From positions 1 through 64,000 of the IMG/VR virus record IMGVR_UViG_3300021961_010439: a DNA stretch of 64,000 nucleotides. The stretch is one strand, 5' to 3'. Each line of letters starts with the position of its first letter. Position 1 is the stretch's first letter. Made by a program: the position numbers and the translations under genes. The notes below the pieces were generated by a model. The model saw only the letters and a list, made by a program, of their open reading frames with translations, was not told where the DNA came from and did no database searches. The DNA is from a virus. Of the stretch, positions 21,532 to 30,083 are shown in pieces.

Positions 21532-22307
21532 ACTAGACGCTCTGTTATATTTTGAATAAAAGTTGTGATTTGTGTAGTATCTTTATTAAGTATTTGGGGC
21601 TCATTATTTATCCAATTGTCTTCAACAGTATATGCTGGTATACTACATGCAATAATTTCAGCTTCGTAGGATCCAGACAAGTCTAAAACACTACCAAACG
21701 AATTTAAAGCATTATTCATATCAAAATCAAACATTAATCCGATATTTTGGTCATATTCTACTTCTGGATTATTCACCATAACAATAGGCTTATTCGTGTT
21801 CGGGTATAAATATGGCTTGACATAATCAATACAACTAATATCTCTATCTAAAATAACTAGAATCTTATTATTTCTAGTACTATGATTTGTATTAAAAATA
21901 ATGTCGTTATATAGTCTATGATATGGTATCAGCTTATTTTGATCAACTCCACCCTCTACCAATGGAGTATAAAGATCAATTGGTAATATAAGACTCACAT
22001 TTAATAATTCATTTTTATGCAAATCAAGGATTAAATTTTTATATTTGTCAAATAATGAAGGACAGTTATCTACTGTTAGAATAATTTTTTTATCATATAA
22101 TGACTTATCATTAATAAATTGATGAATTTCTTGAGTATATTCTTCTATTTGTAATATTATTGTAGAAGGTCTAGACGATAAACATGTGTCGTAGATATTG
22201 TTGTGTAAATTTTCTAGTCTTACATTTGGAAAAGCATACAAGCATCCTCTTGTAATAATACTATGAGTTTTTGAATAAGAGTTTTTATGTATTAAAATAT
22301 TAGTCAT
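21528..22307 (-). CDS. Degenerate GT-B-like protein
   Basis: 'YEAEIIACSIPAY' resembles an eroded EAxAxGxP motif; cluster context. Confidence 0.35.
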   Translation of the reverse strand: MTNILIHKNSYSKTHSIITRGCLYAFPNVRLENLHNNIYDTCLSSRPSTIILQIEEYTQEIHQFINDKSLYDKKIILTVDNCPSLFDKYKNLILDLHKNELLNVSLILPIDLYTPLVEGGVDQNKLIPYHRLYNDIIFNTNHSTRNNKILVILDRDISCIDYVKPYLYPNTNKPIVMVNNPEVEYDQNIGLMFDFDMNNALNSFGSVLDLSGSYEAEIIACSIPAYTVEDNWINNEPQILNKDTTQITTFIQNITERLV

Positions 22308-22998
22308 TATAGACCTTGCTGGATTTTAGTATGTTATTAGATACATACGAATATTGTCTAGGCTTAAGTGGGAAATGATCAAATTTTATACCATTATCGA
22401 TAAGATAGTTAACTATCTCGAATAAAAATAATGGATCAGTAAATTTTAGATTGTTTATATGTTTTAGTAATCTGATAGTCTCGTTATTAAAATAACACAT
22501 TCCATTCCAATAGTTGGTTGATGTTCCATAAGATATATGTTCAACTTTACCTTCCACAACATTGCATGTCATATCTTGATTGTTACCATCTTTAGATACT
22601 GTAAAAATATAATTGTTATTTGGATCAAGATTAATATTCTGAGTAATTAGATAGCTAACATCAGAAATGATAAAAAGACCATCAAATTTAGTTCTATCGT
22701 ACTTGAGTAGTGTATCTTTAATAATCTTACCATGATTAGTATTCTTATAATCTAAAACTATATTATAGCTTAGATTTTTTATATCTTTTAATAGTTTCAG
22801 TGTTTTTTCTGCCTCGAAGCCAACGACAATATGATGCTTAGTATCCTGATCATTAAATAATTTACATACATAATCTATATTATGCTCTATAAGAGATTTT
22901 TTGTGTTTTTGTATGGGTACTATAACTGATGATTTTGGACCAATATATTTCATATTTTTAGTTGGTTGATAACAAAAATATATACTATATATAGACAT
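22300..22998 (-). CDS. Degenerate LicC-like nucleotidyltransferase-fold protein
   Basis: 'MKYIGPKS...SLIEHNI...HIVVGFEAEK' follows the NTP_transferase N-terminal pattern but lacks GxGxR. Confidence 0.5.
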   Translation of the reverse strand: MSIYSIYFCYQPTKNMKYIGPKSSVIVPIQKHKKSLIEHNIDYVCKLFNDQDTKHHIVVGFEAEKTLKLLKDIKNLSYNIVLDYKNTNHGKIIKDTLLKYDRTKFDGLFIISDVSYLITQNINLDPNNNYIFTVSKDGNNQDMTCNVVEGKVEHISYGTSTNYWNGMCYFNNETIRLLKHINNLKFTDPLFLFEIVNYLIDNGIKFDHFPLKPRQYSYVSNNILKSSKVYND

Positions 22999-23013
22999 AC
23001 ATTATTCCTTACA

Positions 23014-23418
23014 TTAATTTTTAACTACATGTAGTTTTAACTTATAGTTATGAGAATATTTCTTTTGTACTTTATATTGTGGAAAATTTCCAATATGTTC
23101 TAATATATCAAATTCATAACTTACCGATACTGTATTTTGTATTAATGATGAGACAGTTTTTGATGATAAAGAACCTGATGATATATCTTTACCAATAGCT
23201 ATCAAATCTAATAGTTCAATTACAAGAATACCATTATATTTCATTTTATTAAGAACATTTGAAATTAATGGCAGTCTTTCGTTATATGAAACATTGTCTA
23301 ATTTAGTAAATAAAATCTCATCTATAGATCCATTAACAATACTATCTATCTGAGATATGCTAATATTTTGATATCCATCTATAACATCTTGATCAGATAA
23401 GCATATATTAATTTTCAT
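23014..23418 (-). CDS. Truncated/degenerate class I methyltransferase-like protein
   Basis: 'SIDEIL...NVLNKMKYNGILVIELLD' matches the C-terminal half of Methyltransf_11-like folds; no glycine-rich SAM motif. Confidence 0.4.
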   Translation of the reverse strand: MKINICLSDQDVIDGYQNISISQIDSIVNGSIDEILFTKLDNVSYNERLPLISNVLNKMKYNGILVIELLDLIAIGKDISSGSLSSKTVSSLIQNTVSVSYEFDILEHIGNFPQYKVQKKYSHNYKLKLHVVKN

Positions 23419-24323
23419 AGTACAAAGGCTTTCTTCGAATAAGTTTGAATAATTGATAGAATATTTTCTTTAAAATTATCATGAGATACATAAATACTAG
23501 ACGGAATACTATTGTCCACACGTATCATATCTTGTTGTAATAGTTGTACTAATTCTTGCATAGAATTTGCTATATATAAATTAGGTATGTTTTTGTATTG
23601 ACTTAAGGACTCATTTACATCCATAATAATTGCAATACAACCACAAGCAACAGACCATAGAGCATTTATAATTGATCCTGGGTCTAACTCCACAGTTATT
23701 TTAAACTTATTCAAGGTAGTATTTACATCTTTTATGCACGAAGGTATTTTTTGTAAATTAGTAGAGTCCACTCCGGCGATATTTTTTAGATAATCATTAT
23801 CCATGTGTTTATTATAACACATCATACCTATATCTGTTCTATCTTTCGGGTTGTTGTCAATTTGTAGTTCTTCAGGAATACTGTATTTAATTTTATCTGA
23901 TGTTATCTTTGGACAAGAAAAACTACTCATTTGATCAGAAAAGTAGTATATGGCGTCGTTGGGCTTGATAGTATTACTGCATATTAAAAATATATCTTCC
24001 CTTTTTAAACCTAACATCTTTATGTCATGACATAACATTACATTATTGAGATGCATTGGTGTTGTTATATTATTCTTAATGCTTAATAATGGATTATTAG
24101 TAATATATACTGAATAAGATTTATGATATAAAGATTCTTCGTTATATCTAATCAAAGACGAGTTTTTATCAAAAAAAGTTTTTGCGTTTTCATCAAAAGA
24201 ATAAAGACACAAATCTAAATCGGTCATAGCAACATCAAATAAACTATAGTGCGGCTGATATAGAATATTGGTGTTATCACTAACTGATTCTAAAATATTA
24301 CTTATGCAGAAGCCTGGATACAT
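23415..24323 (-). CDS. Degenerate GT-B glycosyltransferase-like protein
   Basis: 'GSIINALWSVACGCIAII' sits where the GT4 ExFG..EAxAxG motif would be. Confidence 0.4.
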   Translation of the reverse strand: MYPGFCISNILESVSDNTNILYQPHYSLFDVAMTDLDLCLYSFDENAKTFFDKNSSLIRYNEESLYHKSYSVYITNNPLLSIKNNITTPMHLNNVMLCHDIKMLGLKREDIFLICSNTIKPNDAIYYFSDQMSSFSCPKITSDKIKYSIPEELQIDNNPKDRTDIGMMCYNKHMDNDYLKNIAGVDSTNLQKIPSCIKDVNTTLNKFKITVELDPGSIINALWSVACGCIAIIMDVNESLSQYKNIPNLYIANSMQELVQLLQQDMIRVDNSIPSSIYVSHDNFKENILSIIQTYSKKAFVL

Positions 24324-25423
24324 AATTTTTTACCTATATTGGAATAACTAAATTGATCTTTTTGAGACATTCCCATTTCGGATTTGGTTTTCCAAGCAGT
24401 ATTGTCTTTTTTGTACATTGTATACGCCGCCTGCAACTGTTTAATTAAGTCATAAATATCTATTTTATACCAATACTGTCTAGCATTATAGTAGTCAGTA
24501 TTACCTGATATGGGGTGATTTTTTAGTATAACTGGTGTTTTATGACTATTAACTAAAAATCCATTTTTATTATCTATATAGTCTTTCATACCACTATTTT
24601 TATTAATTATTGGATTTTTCCCAAGACACAATGCTTCTGCTGCTGGACGACAAAATGCTTCTCCATATGAAGGCATAACAAAACAATCACAACTAGAATG
24701 TAATCTTAGAATATCTTCATACGATACCCTTTGGGTCATCCATACTTCGCTTCTAAAGGGTTTAGACAATTGTAAAGACTGTTTTATCTGATTAGAAAAT
24801 TCTGTTAATTCTCTAATGTCCCCATTTGTTTTGATAATTAGAGACACAGGATCGGTAATATTAAAAGCTAGATTAAAAGCTATAATAAGATCTTCTAGAT
24901 TTTTTCTAAAATTATTTTCACATATAGTATAAAACTTAAACGTGTGAGCTATTGTAGGATTTAGTGATGATGCTGGATATGGCTTTATATTATCAGTATC
25001 TAATGCTTCGCTAATAACCCTAATAGGTTTTTGTAAACCACTAGACACTAGAGAATCTTTTTCTATGGAAGATGGAACCCAAATTTCGTCCATTCTTTTC
25101 ATATTTTCGATAGTTTTGGTTTGACTAAAGTCATTAATTTCTAACGTAAATAATCCAATATTTTTTCCAAATCTTGCATCATAATGAAAATATTCTGGTA
25201 GTGTTTTTTGAATTACATAATCATAATGATCATAGATTTGATTTTCATATCTGATAATTTGATCATCATTAAAATGAGCATCATTATAACCAGGAGCTAA
25301 GTATACTGGTCTAGTAGTAATATTAAGGCTGGGTATTGTTGCGAGAGATCTTATATAGTCTCTTGTGGCTAGTCCCCAACCATCTAGTTGTCTATATGGT
25401 CCAATAAAAAGAATATTTTTCAT
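24302..25423 (-). CDS. GT4-family glycosyltransferase
   Basis: 'DEIWVPS', 'RKNLEDLI', 'CDCFVMPSYGEAFCRPAAEALCLG'. Confidence 0.85.
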   Translation of the reverse strand: MKNILFIGPYRQLDGWGLATRDYIRSLATIPSLNITTRPVYLAPGYNDAHFNDDQIIRYENQIYDHYDYVIQKTLPEYFHYDARFGKNIGLFTLEINDFSQTKTIENMKRMDEIWVPSSIEKDSLVSSGLQKPIRVISEALDTDNIKPYPASSLNPTIAHTFKFYTICENNFRKNLEDLIIAFNLAFNITDPVSLIIKTNGDIRELTEFSNQIKQSLQLSKPFRSEVWMTQRVSYEDILRLHSSCDCFVMPSYGEAFCRPAAEALCLGKNPIINKNSGMKDYIDNKNGFLVNSHKTPVILKNHPISGNTDYYNARQYWYKIDIYDLIKQLQAAYTMYKKDNTAWKTKSEMGMSQKDQFSYSNIGKKLCIQASA

Positions 25424-27093
25424 CGATTGTTTCCTAAACTAGCTTTAAGATGAGCATACTTAATATAGTCATCTGTATTTAGTTTGTCTTGATTAATCAT
25501 TGCTTGTTGAGCAAAGTTGTGGTTTGATATAATTGTCTGAAAGGTATCGAGCACATTTTGTCTAGTAAATGGACTGATCTGCATTCCATTTTGCGTATAG
25601 CCATACTCTAAATCTCTTATCATCTGTAGGGGTATAATACTATTAACTATTGAATGATTTGGTAAAAATTGTCTAAGTATAGTATATACAAAGTTATAGT
25701 GATTAATATCTTTTGTCTGTTCTAAAACAGTAGGCGGTATTGGAGACAAAGGACTAAGAGGCTTATCCCATTGGCCCTGTAATCCAGTTAATTTAGCGCT
25801 ATCAAAATATTTTTCCCATTTTTTAGCTATGTCGTCCCAATTATAATAGATCTCTGTTAATTTTCTAGTTTCTTGTCTTTTTTGTTTTTTAAGTAGTTGG
25901 GGTTGTTGTTCTAGGTTTTCTATAATTTCAATTAGATGATCATTATCCGGATAAACCCTAATAGCCTGAGTTTCTAGTTCCTTAAAAGATCTTTTGACTC
26001 TAATAGGAAAACCTTTTAATTTGTGTACCACATCGTTCATAGCGCTATAATCCACAGCAGCCACGGGAATTCCACAAGCCCCAGCTTCTACTTGAGGCAT
26101 GCCGAACCCTTCACAAATAGCGTATTGAACGTATAAATCAAACATATTGATTATATGTCCTAATTGTTCAGAACGTATTCCGTTATTTACGCTTGGTAAT
26201 TGCATAGATTTATTACCGCATCTTGGACATCCTGCAACAACATGACTAAATAACATAGAACTAATATTACCACAATGTTTACATGCATAAGTAAAAAATA
26301 CTTTATTAGATATATCGTATTCTTTTAATAGTTGTGGTATATCCCATCCAGCATCAGGATAACTAGTATGAATATATAAATATGTTTTTTCGTATAGATT
26401 AGGATTTTTAAATTTGAGTAAACGAATGGTGTCAAATAAATCTGGAATTAATTTTCTTTTCTGATTTCTAACAACAGAGCCAACCACAAACGCATCTTCT
26501 GGAACACCGAATGTTTTCCTAATTTCTTTTTGTTCGTCTATCATTGGTCTAAATGTTAATAAATCAACACCAGGAGATGTTGTGTCTATATAATTAGCAT
26601 GACCATTACTTTGTTTTATGATTACATCTCTACCAAAGTCGGAGTAAGTAAAGATGGCATCTGCGGAAATATATGTATCTATCCATGTTTCTTGTTGAGG
26701 TTCAGAATCTATAGTAGGCATAACTACCCAGTGATAGTATGGTCTAAATGGAGAATATTGCTGATATGAATTCATCCAATAGTCTCTGATATCGAATACA
26801 ATATCAGGTTTAAAATCGAGTAATACTCTATCAAACCTCCACTTGCCAAACTGATTTTCGCTATTAGAATTATATTCTCTACTTCTAGGATCATTATCTG
26901 CTGGAGCATTAGCATATAGCATCCAAGGAATATCACTATCTCTTGGATCATTTACTTTAGCATACGAAGCAAATTCTGCAACCTCATATTTATTAGTCGC
27001 ATATAGTCTTTTCAAGAGTTCACGAGCATATCCAGAGAAGCCGGAACTTAAATAGCTTGCCTCGGAACACATTAAAAGTCTAAGTTTTTTCAT
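25420..27093 (-). CDS. GT4-family glycosyltransferase with a Zn-ribbon insertion
   Basis: 'RNQKRK', 'EGFGMPQVEAGACGIPV'; internal CKHC...CPRC. Confidence 0.85.
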   Translation of the reverse strand: MKKLRLLMCSEASYLSSGFSGYARELLKRLYATNKYEVAEFASYAKVNDPRDSDIPWMLYANAPADNDPRSREYNSNSENQFGKWRFDRVLLDFKPDIVFDIRDYWMNSYQQYSPFRPYYHWVVMPTIDSEPQQETWIDTYISADAIFTYSDFGRDVIIKQSNGHANYIDTTSPGVDLLTFRPMIDEQKEIRKTFGVPEDAFVVGSVVRNQKRKLIPDLFDTIRLLKFKNPNLYEKTYLYIHTSYPDAGWDIPQLLKEYDISNKVFFTYACKHCGNISSMLFSHVVAGCPRCGNKSMQLPSVNNGIRSEQLGHIINMFDLYVQYAICEGFGMPQVEAGACGIPVAAVDYSAMNDVVHKLKGFPIRVKRSFKELETQAIRVYPDNDHLIEIIENLEQQPQLLKKQKRQETRKLTEIYYNWDDIAKKWEKYFDSAKLTGLQGQWDKPLSPLSPIPPTVLEQTKDINHYNFVYTILRQFLPNHSIVNSIIPLQMIRDLEYGYTQNGMQISPFTRQNVLDTFQTIISNHNFAQQAMINQDKLNTDDYIKYAHLKASLGNNR

Positions 27094-27107
27094 AAAATTC
27101 TACTTTC

Positions 27108-27154
27108 GTCCCAAAAGACACAAGCCCATATGGGCTTGTGCTTTTAGGATCGAC
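27108..27154 (-). terminator. Intrinsic terminator-like hairpin downstream of ssb
   Basis: Perfect 22-bp palindrome CACAAGCCCATATGGGCTTGTG (27119-27140), flanked by A and T tracts on both sides. Confidence 0.75.
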
Positions 27155-27159
27155 TAGCA

Positions 27160-27534
27160 TCAGAATGCTACTGTTTCTTCCTGATTAGATTCCTTACCCT
27201 TTTTGGATAAACGAGTAATCTTAGAAAAGTTATTAACTCTTACTTTAAGAGTACTATGCTTAACTCCATCCTTCTCCCAGTTATCGTTCCTTAGAGAACC
27301 TTCAACCATTACTGGATCACCCTTCTTGAAAGATTCTCCGATAACTTCTGCTCCACTATCCCAAGCTTCGCAATTAACAAAAGTTGTAATCTTATCGCGA
27401 TCACCATTTGACTTAGTATATTCCCTAGAAACAGCTACTGTAAAATTAACAACAGCAGTTTCTTTACCACCCGTTGTAATATATCTAAGTTCTGGATCTC
27501 GTGCTAGATTACCCTTTAGTAAAGTGATATTCAT
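27160..27534 (-). CDS. ssb: Single-stranded DNA-binding protein
   Basis: 'MNITLLKGNLARDPELRY', 'NFTVAV', 'FVNCEAW', 'KGDPVMVEGSLRNDNWEKDG'; GAGGAG RBS. Confidence 0.95.
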   Translation of the reverse strand: MNITLLKGNLARDPELRYITTGGKETAVVNFTVAVSREYTKSNGDRDKITTFVNCEAWDSGAEVIGESFKKGDPVMVEGSLRNDNWEKDGVKHSTLKVRVNNFSKITRLSKKGKESNQEETVAF

Positions 27535-27577
27535 AATTTATGTTACTCCTCGAAAAAAATAAAACTCAATACAACCT

Positions 27578-27606
27578 ATTATAACAGGGCCACGCGGCCA
27601 TGTCAA
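27578..27606 (-). promoter_or_regulatory. Consensus sigma70 promoter for ssb
   Basis: Minus strand reads TTGACA-17 nt-TATAAT, with a TG extended -10. Confidence 0.85.
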
Positions 27607-29210
27607 GACGATGGTAGAAAAACCTTTTCAACAATTAATCCATCTTTCGTATTAGATTTTTTACCTTTAATAATAATAACATTACCTTCAAATAGTACGT
27701 GTCTAAACTGTTTATACTGTTCAGAAAAACACACTATTGAATCTGCACAACCAGTACCATCAACAACAGATAAAAAGGCCATATCTTGACCCTTACTTTT
27801 GCCGCTTTTGGTTTTTACAACATGTATTCTATCTATTTCTCCTGCTAGTAGAATATTAGATAAGTTAATATTATTTTTAATATCTCTACATGTTGCATTG
27901 GTCATTGTTATATCATACATATCAATTTTAGAACATGTTATAGGACATCCTAATAGTTCATTTTCTGTATCTGATATCCACTCAGCAGAATCTTCTAAAC
28001 TAAATGGTGGATGTAATACAGTATACATTAATTCTTGTACAATAGCTAGCCTATTTTTAGATAGTTTATTTTGTGCAAGATATTGGAGGCTACTATAAAG
28101 ATTATTATTTATGTTCGACTTGATAATCTCTAGTTCTCTCGCTGTTAGTTGAGATAATATTGATAGGTCGAACAACATACCATTACGACTTTTTCCAAAA
28201 ATATCTAATGCTCCCGACCCTATTAATGCTTTGGCCGCTACACTATTAATTTTTAATAGAACGTCTATCAAGAATAGATACCAGTAATTAGAATCGTATT
28301 TAACATTAGCGGCCTCAATAATTTTAATCATCTTATCAAATACTGATTTACCAACACCCTTAATATCTGTTAGTCCAAAATAAATATTTTCATTATATAA
28401 ACAGAAGAATTCATTTAGTAATCTTATATCTGGTGTTCTTATAGAAATATCCATTTCATTACCATTTTGAACCAATTCTTTAATTTCTTGCTGAGGATCT
28501 ATTTTGTCTTTAGCAAATCTTAGATATGAAGCAAAGAATATTTTTGGAAAATGAGCTTTAGTGTAGGCCGATAAATATGCATTAATAGCATAACTAACAG
28601 CATGACTTTTATTAAAAGAATATCTTTGGCTTTTCTCGATCCATCCGAAAATTTCTTCTGCCTGATCCTGATTAACTATTTGTTGATTTTTCGATCCTTC
28701 AAGGAATTTTAATTTTACTTTTGCCATTTCTTCTGGTTTCTTTTTACCAATAGCTTTTCTTAACATATCGGCCTCTTGAAGATTAAAACCAGCAACAGTT
28801 TGTGCTATTTCCATAGCTTGTTCTTGATAAATCATTTCTCCATAAGTGGTCTTTAGTGCTTTTTCAAGAGACGGATGAAAATAATCTAAACTTTCTTGTC
28901 CATTCTTTTTATCTATATAATGGTTGCTAACACTTTTACCTTCTCTAAAAGCTTCAAGAGATCCTGGTCTCATGATGCTAATTAAAGCAGAAAGTTGTTC
29001 TATATTTTCTGGTTTAAGTTTTTTGGCCATAGTTCGTCCAAGTCTTGATTCTAACTGAAAACATCCTTTGGTATTTCCGGACGAAATCAAGTCCCAAGTT
29101 CTAGAACACTCCAGGTTAATATTATCTATAGAAGCATTAAAATCTATAGATAATGATTCTTCATTTATGACTGGAAATTTACAGCCACAAGGATAAGTAA
29201 AATATTTCAT
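27603..29210 (-). CDS. dnaE: DNA polymerase III alpha, C-terminal half (fingers, HhH, OB fold)
   Basis: 'GCFQLES', 'MRPG', 'TYGEMIYQEQAM', 'ADMLRKAIGKKK', 'YSFNKSHAVSY', 'FGLTDIKGVG', 'TKSGK..MAF'. Confidence 0.93.
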   Translation of the reverse strand: MKYFTYPCGCKFPVINEESLSIDFNASIDNINLECSRTWDLISSGNTKGCFQLESRLGRTMAKKLKPENIEQLSALISIMRPGSLEAFREGKSVSNHYIDKKNGQESLDYFHPSLEKALKTTYGEMIYQEQAMEIAQTVAGFNLQEADMLRKAIGKKKPEEMAKVKLKFLEGSKNQQIVNQDQAEEIFGWIEKSQRYSFNKSHAVSYAINAYLSAYTKAHFPKIFFASYLRFAKDKIDPQQEIKELVQNGNEMDISIRTPDIRLLNEFFCLYNENIYFGLTDIKGVGKSVFDKMIKIIEAANVKYDSNYWYLFLIDVLLKINSVAAKALIGSGALDIFGKSRNGMLFDLSILSQLTARELEIIKSNINNNLYSSLQYLAQNKLSKNRLAIVQELMYTVLHPPFSLEDSAEWISDTENELLGCPITCSKIDMYDITMTNATCRDIKNNINLSNILLAGEIDRIHVVKTKSGKSKGQDMAFLSVVDGTGCADSIVCFSEQYKQFRHVLFEGNVIIIKGKKSNTKDGLIVEKVFLPSS

Positions 29211-29905
29211 ACTGTTGATGTTGCAAATGAATCTTTAAATAGGATTTTATGAGATAATCTACGATGTAGTTTCATAAATCTAATCAAAATCTCAGCAGTA
29301 TCTTTAACGTCCTTAATAGCATCGTGAGCGCCTTCTTTGGGTATGCCAAAATAATCTCTAACATTATCTAGTGTATAACTAGTTAGGTCTTGGTTGTTTT
29401 CAAACCATAAAAACATTACATTCATAATATCAACAACATCTCTCATAAAAAATAGATTACTTCTACTTTCTTTATTAAGATTATTATACTTCTTACTTAG
29501 TCTTTCGATAATCTGTAGATCAAATCTGTGAATATTGTAGCCTGCGGCAATTGGAGCCGTAAATTGGCTCTTTTTACCTCCTCTACAATGATATTTCATA
29601 AGATAATCTACAAATAAAGACCAAGAGCTTTTTTGAGAAGGATACTGATTCCATTCTGCTAGTACATTCTCTTTTGTTGATCCTTTAACTTTAGCATGAA
29701 AATCTAGGATATCTCCCTCATAAATATAATTAGGATTATCTTCTAGAACCTCTGGCTTAAAATTAATATTGAATTCTGATCCAGGAATAATTGACAACTG
29801 TAATGGATCAACCATAACGGCCGCGATTTGAACAGGACTACAAATAAATGGATCCGAGCCATCTGTTTCAAAATCAAAAACACAAATTTTGTTATAATTA
29901 ATCAT
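29207..29905 (-). CDS. dnaQ: DEDDh 3'-5' exonuclease (DnaQ/epsilon-like)
   Basis: ExoI 'FDFETDG', ExoII 'GYNIHRFD', ExoIII 'AHDAIKD'. Confidence 0.85.
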   Translation of the reverse strand: MINYNKICVFDFETDGSDPFICSPVQIAAVMVDPLQLSIIPGSEFNINFKPEVLEDNPNYIYEGDILDFHAKVKGSTKENVLAEWNQYPSQKSSWSLFVDYLMKYHCRGGKKSQFTAPIAAGYNIHRFDLQIIERLSKKYNNLNKESRSNLFFMRDVVDIMNVMFLWFENNQDLTSYTLDNVRDYFGIPKEGAHDAIKDVKDTAEILIRFMKLHRRLSHKILFKDSFATSTV

Positions 29906-30083
29906 TTACTTCCACTTGTGCAACTGGTACAATAAATCTTTTATCTTCTGGATTATCTTTTTTAGCAGCGTTAAGTGCTGTGCAGCAACTTACTCTAATT
30001 GTTTCTATCTTAGTATAGTTTTGACCCTCATATACAAATGAAGATCCTACGGCTAATTCATGAAATTGTACACTCTTGGACAT
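29898..30083 (-). CDS. Small beta-rich protein with a CC motif inside the split-polymerase operon
   Basis: Strong GGAGG RBS; overlaps both neighbouring genes. Confidence 0.7.
   Translation of the reverse strand: MSKSVQFHELAVGSSFVYEGQNYTKIETIRVSCCTALNAAKKDNPEDKRFIVPVAQVEVND

Noticed and set aside
29207-30083. Split dnaE explained as a frameshift, pseudogene, intron or split intein
   Set aside because: Two intact, coupled genes separate the halves; both halves keep their motifs; no intein termini or intron-like non-coding sequence is visible.
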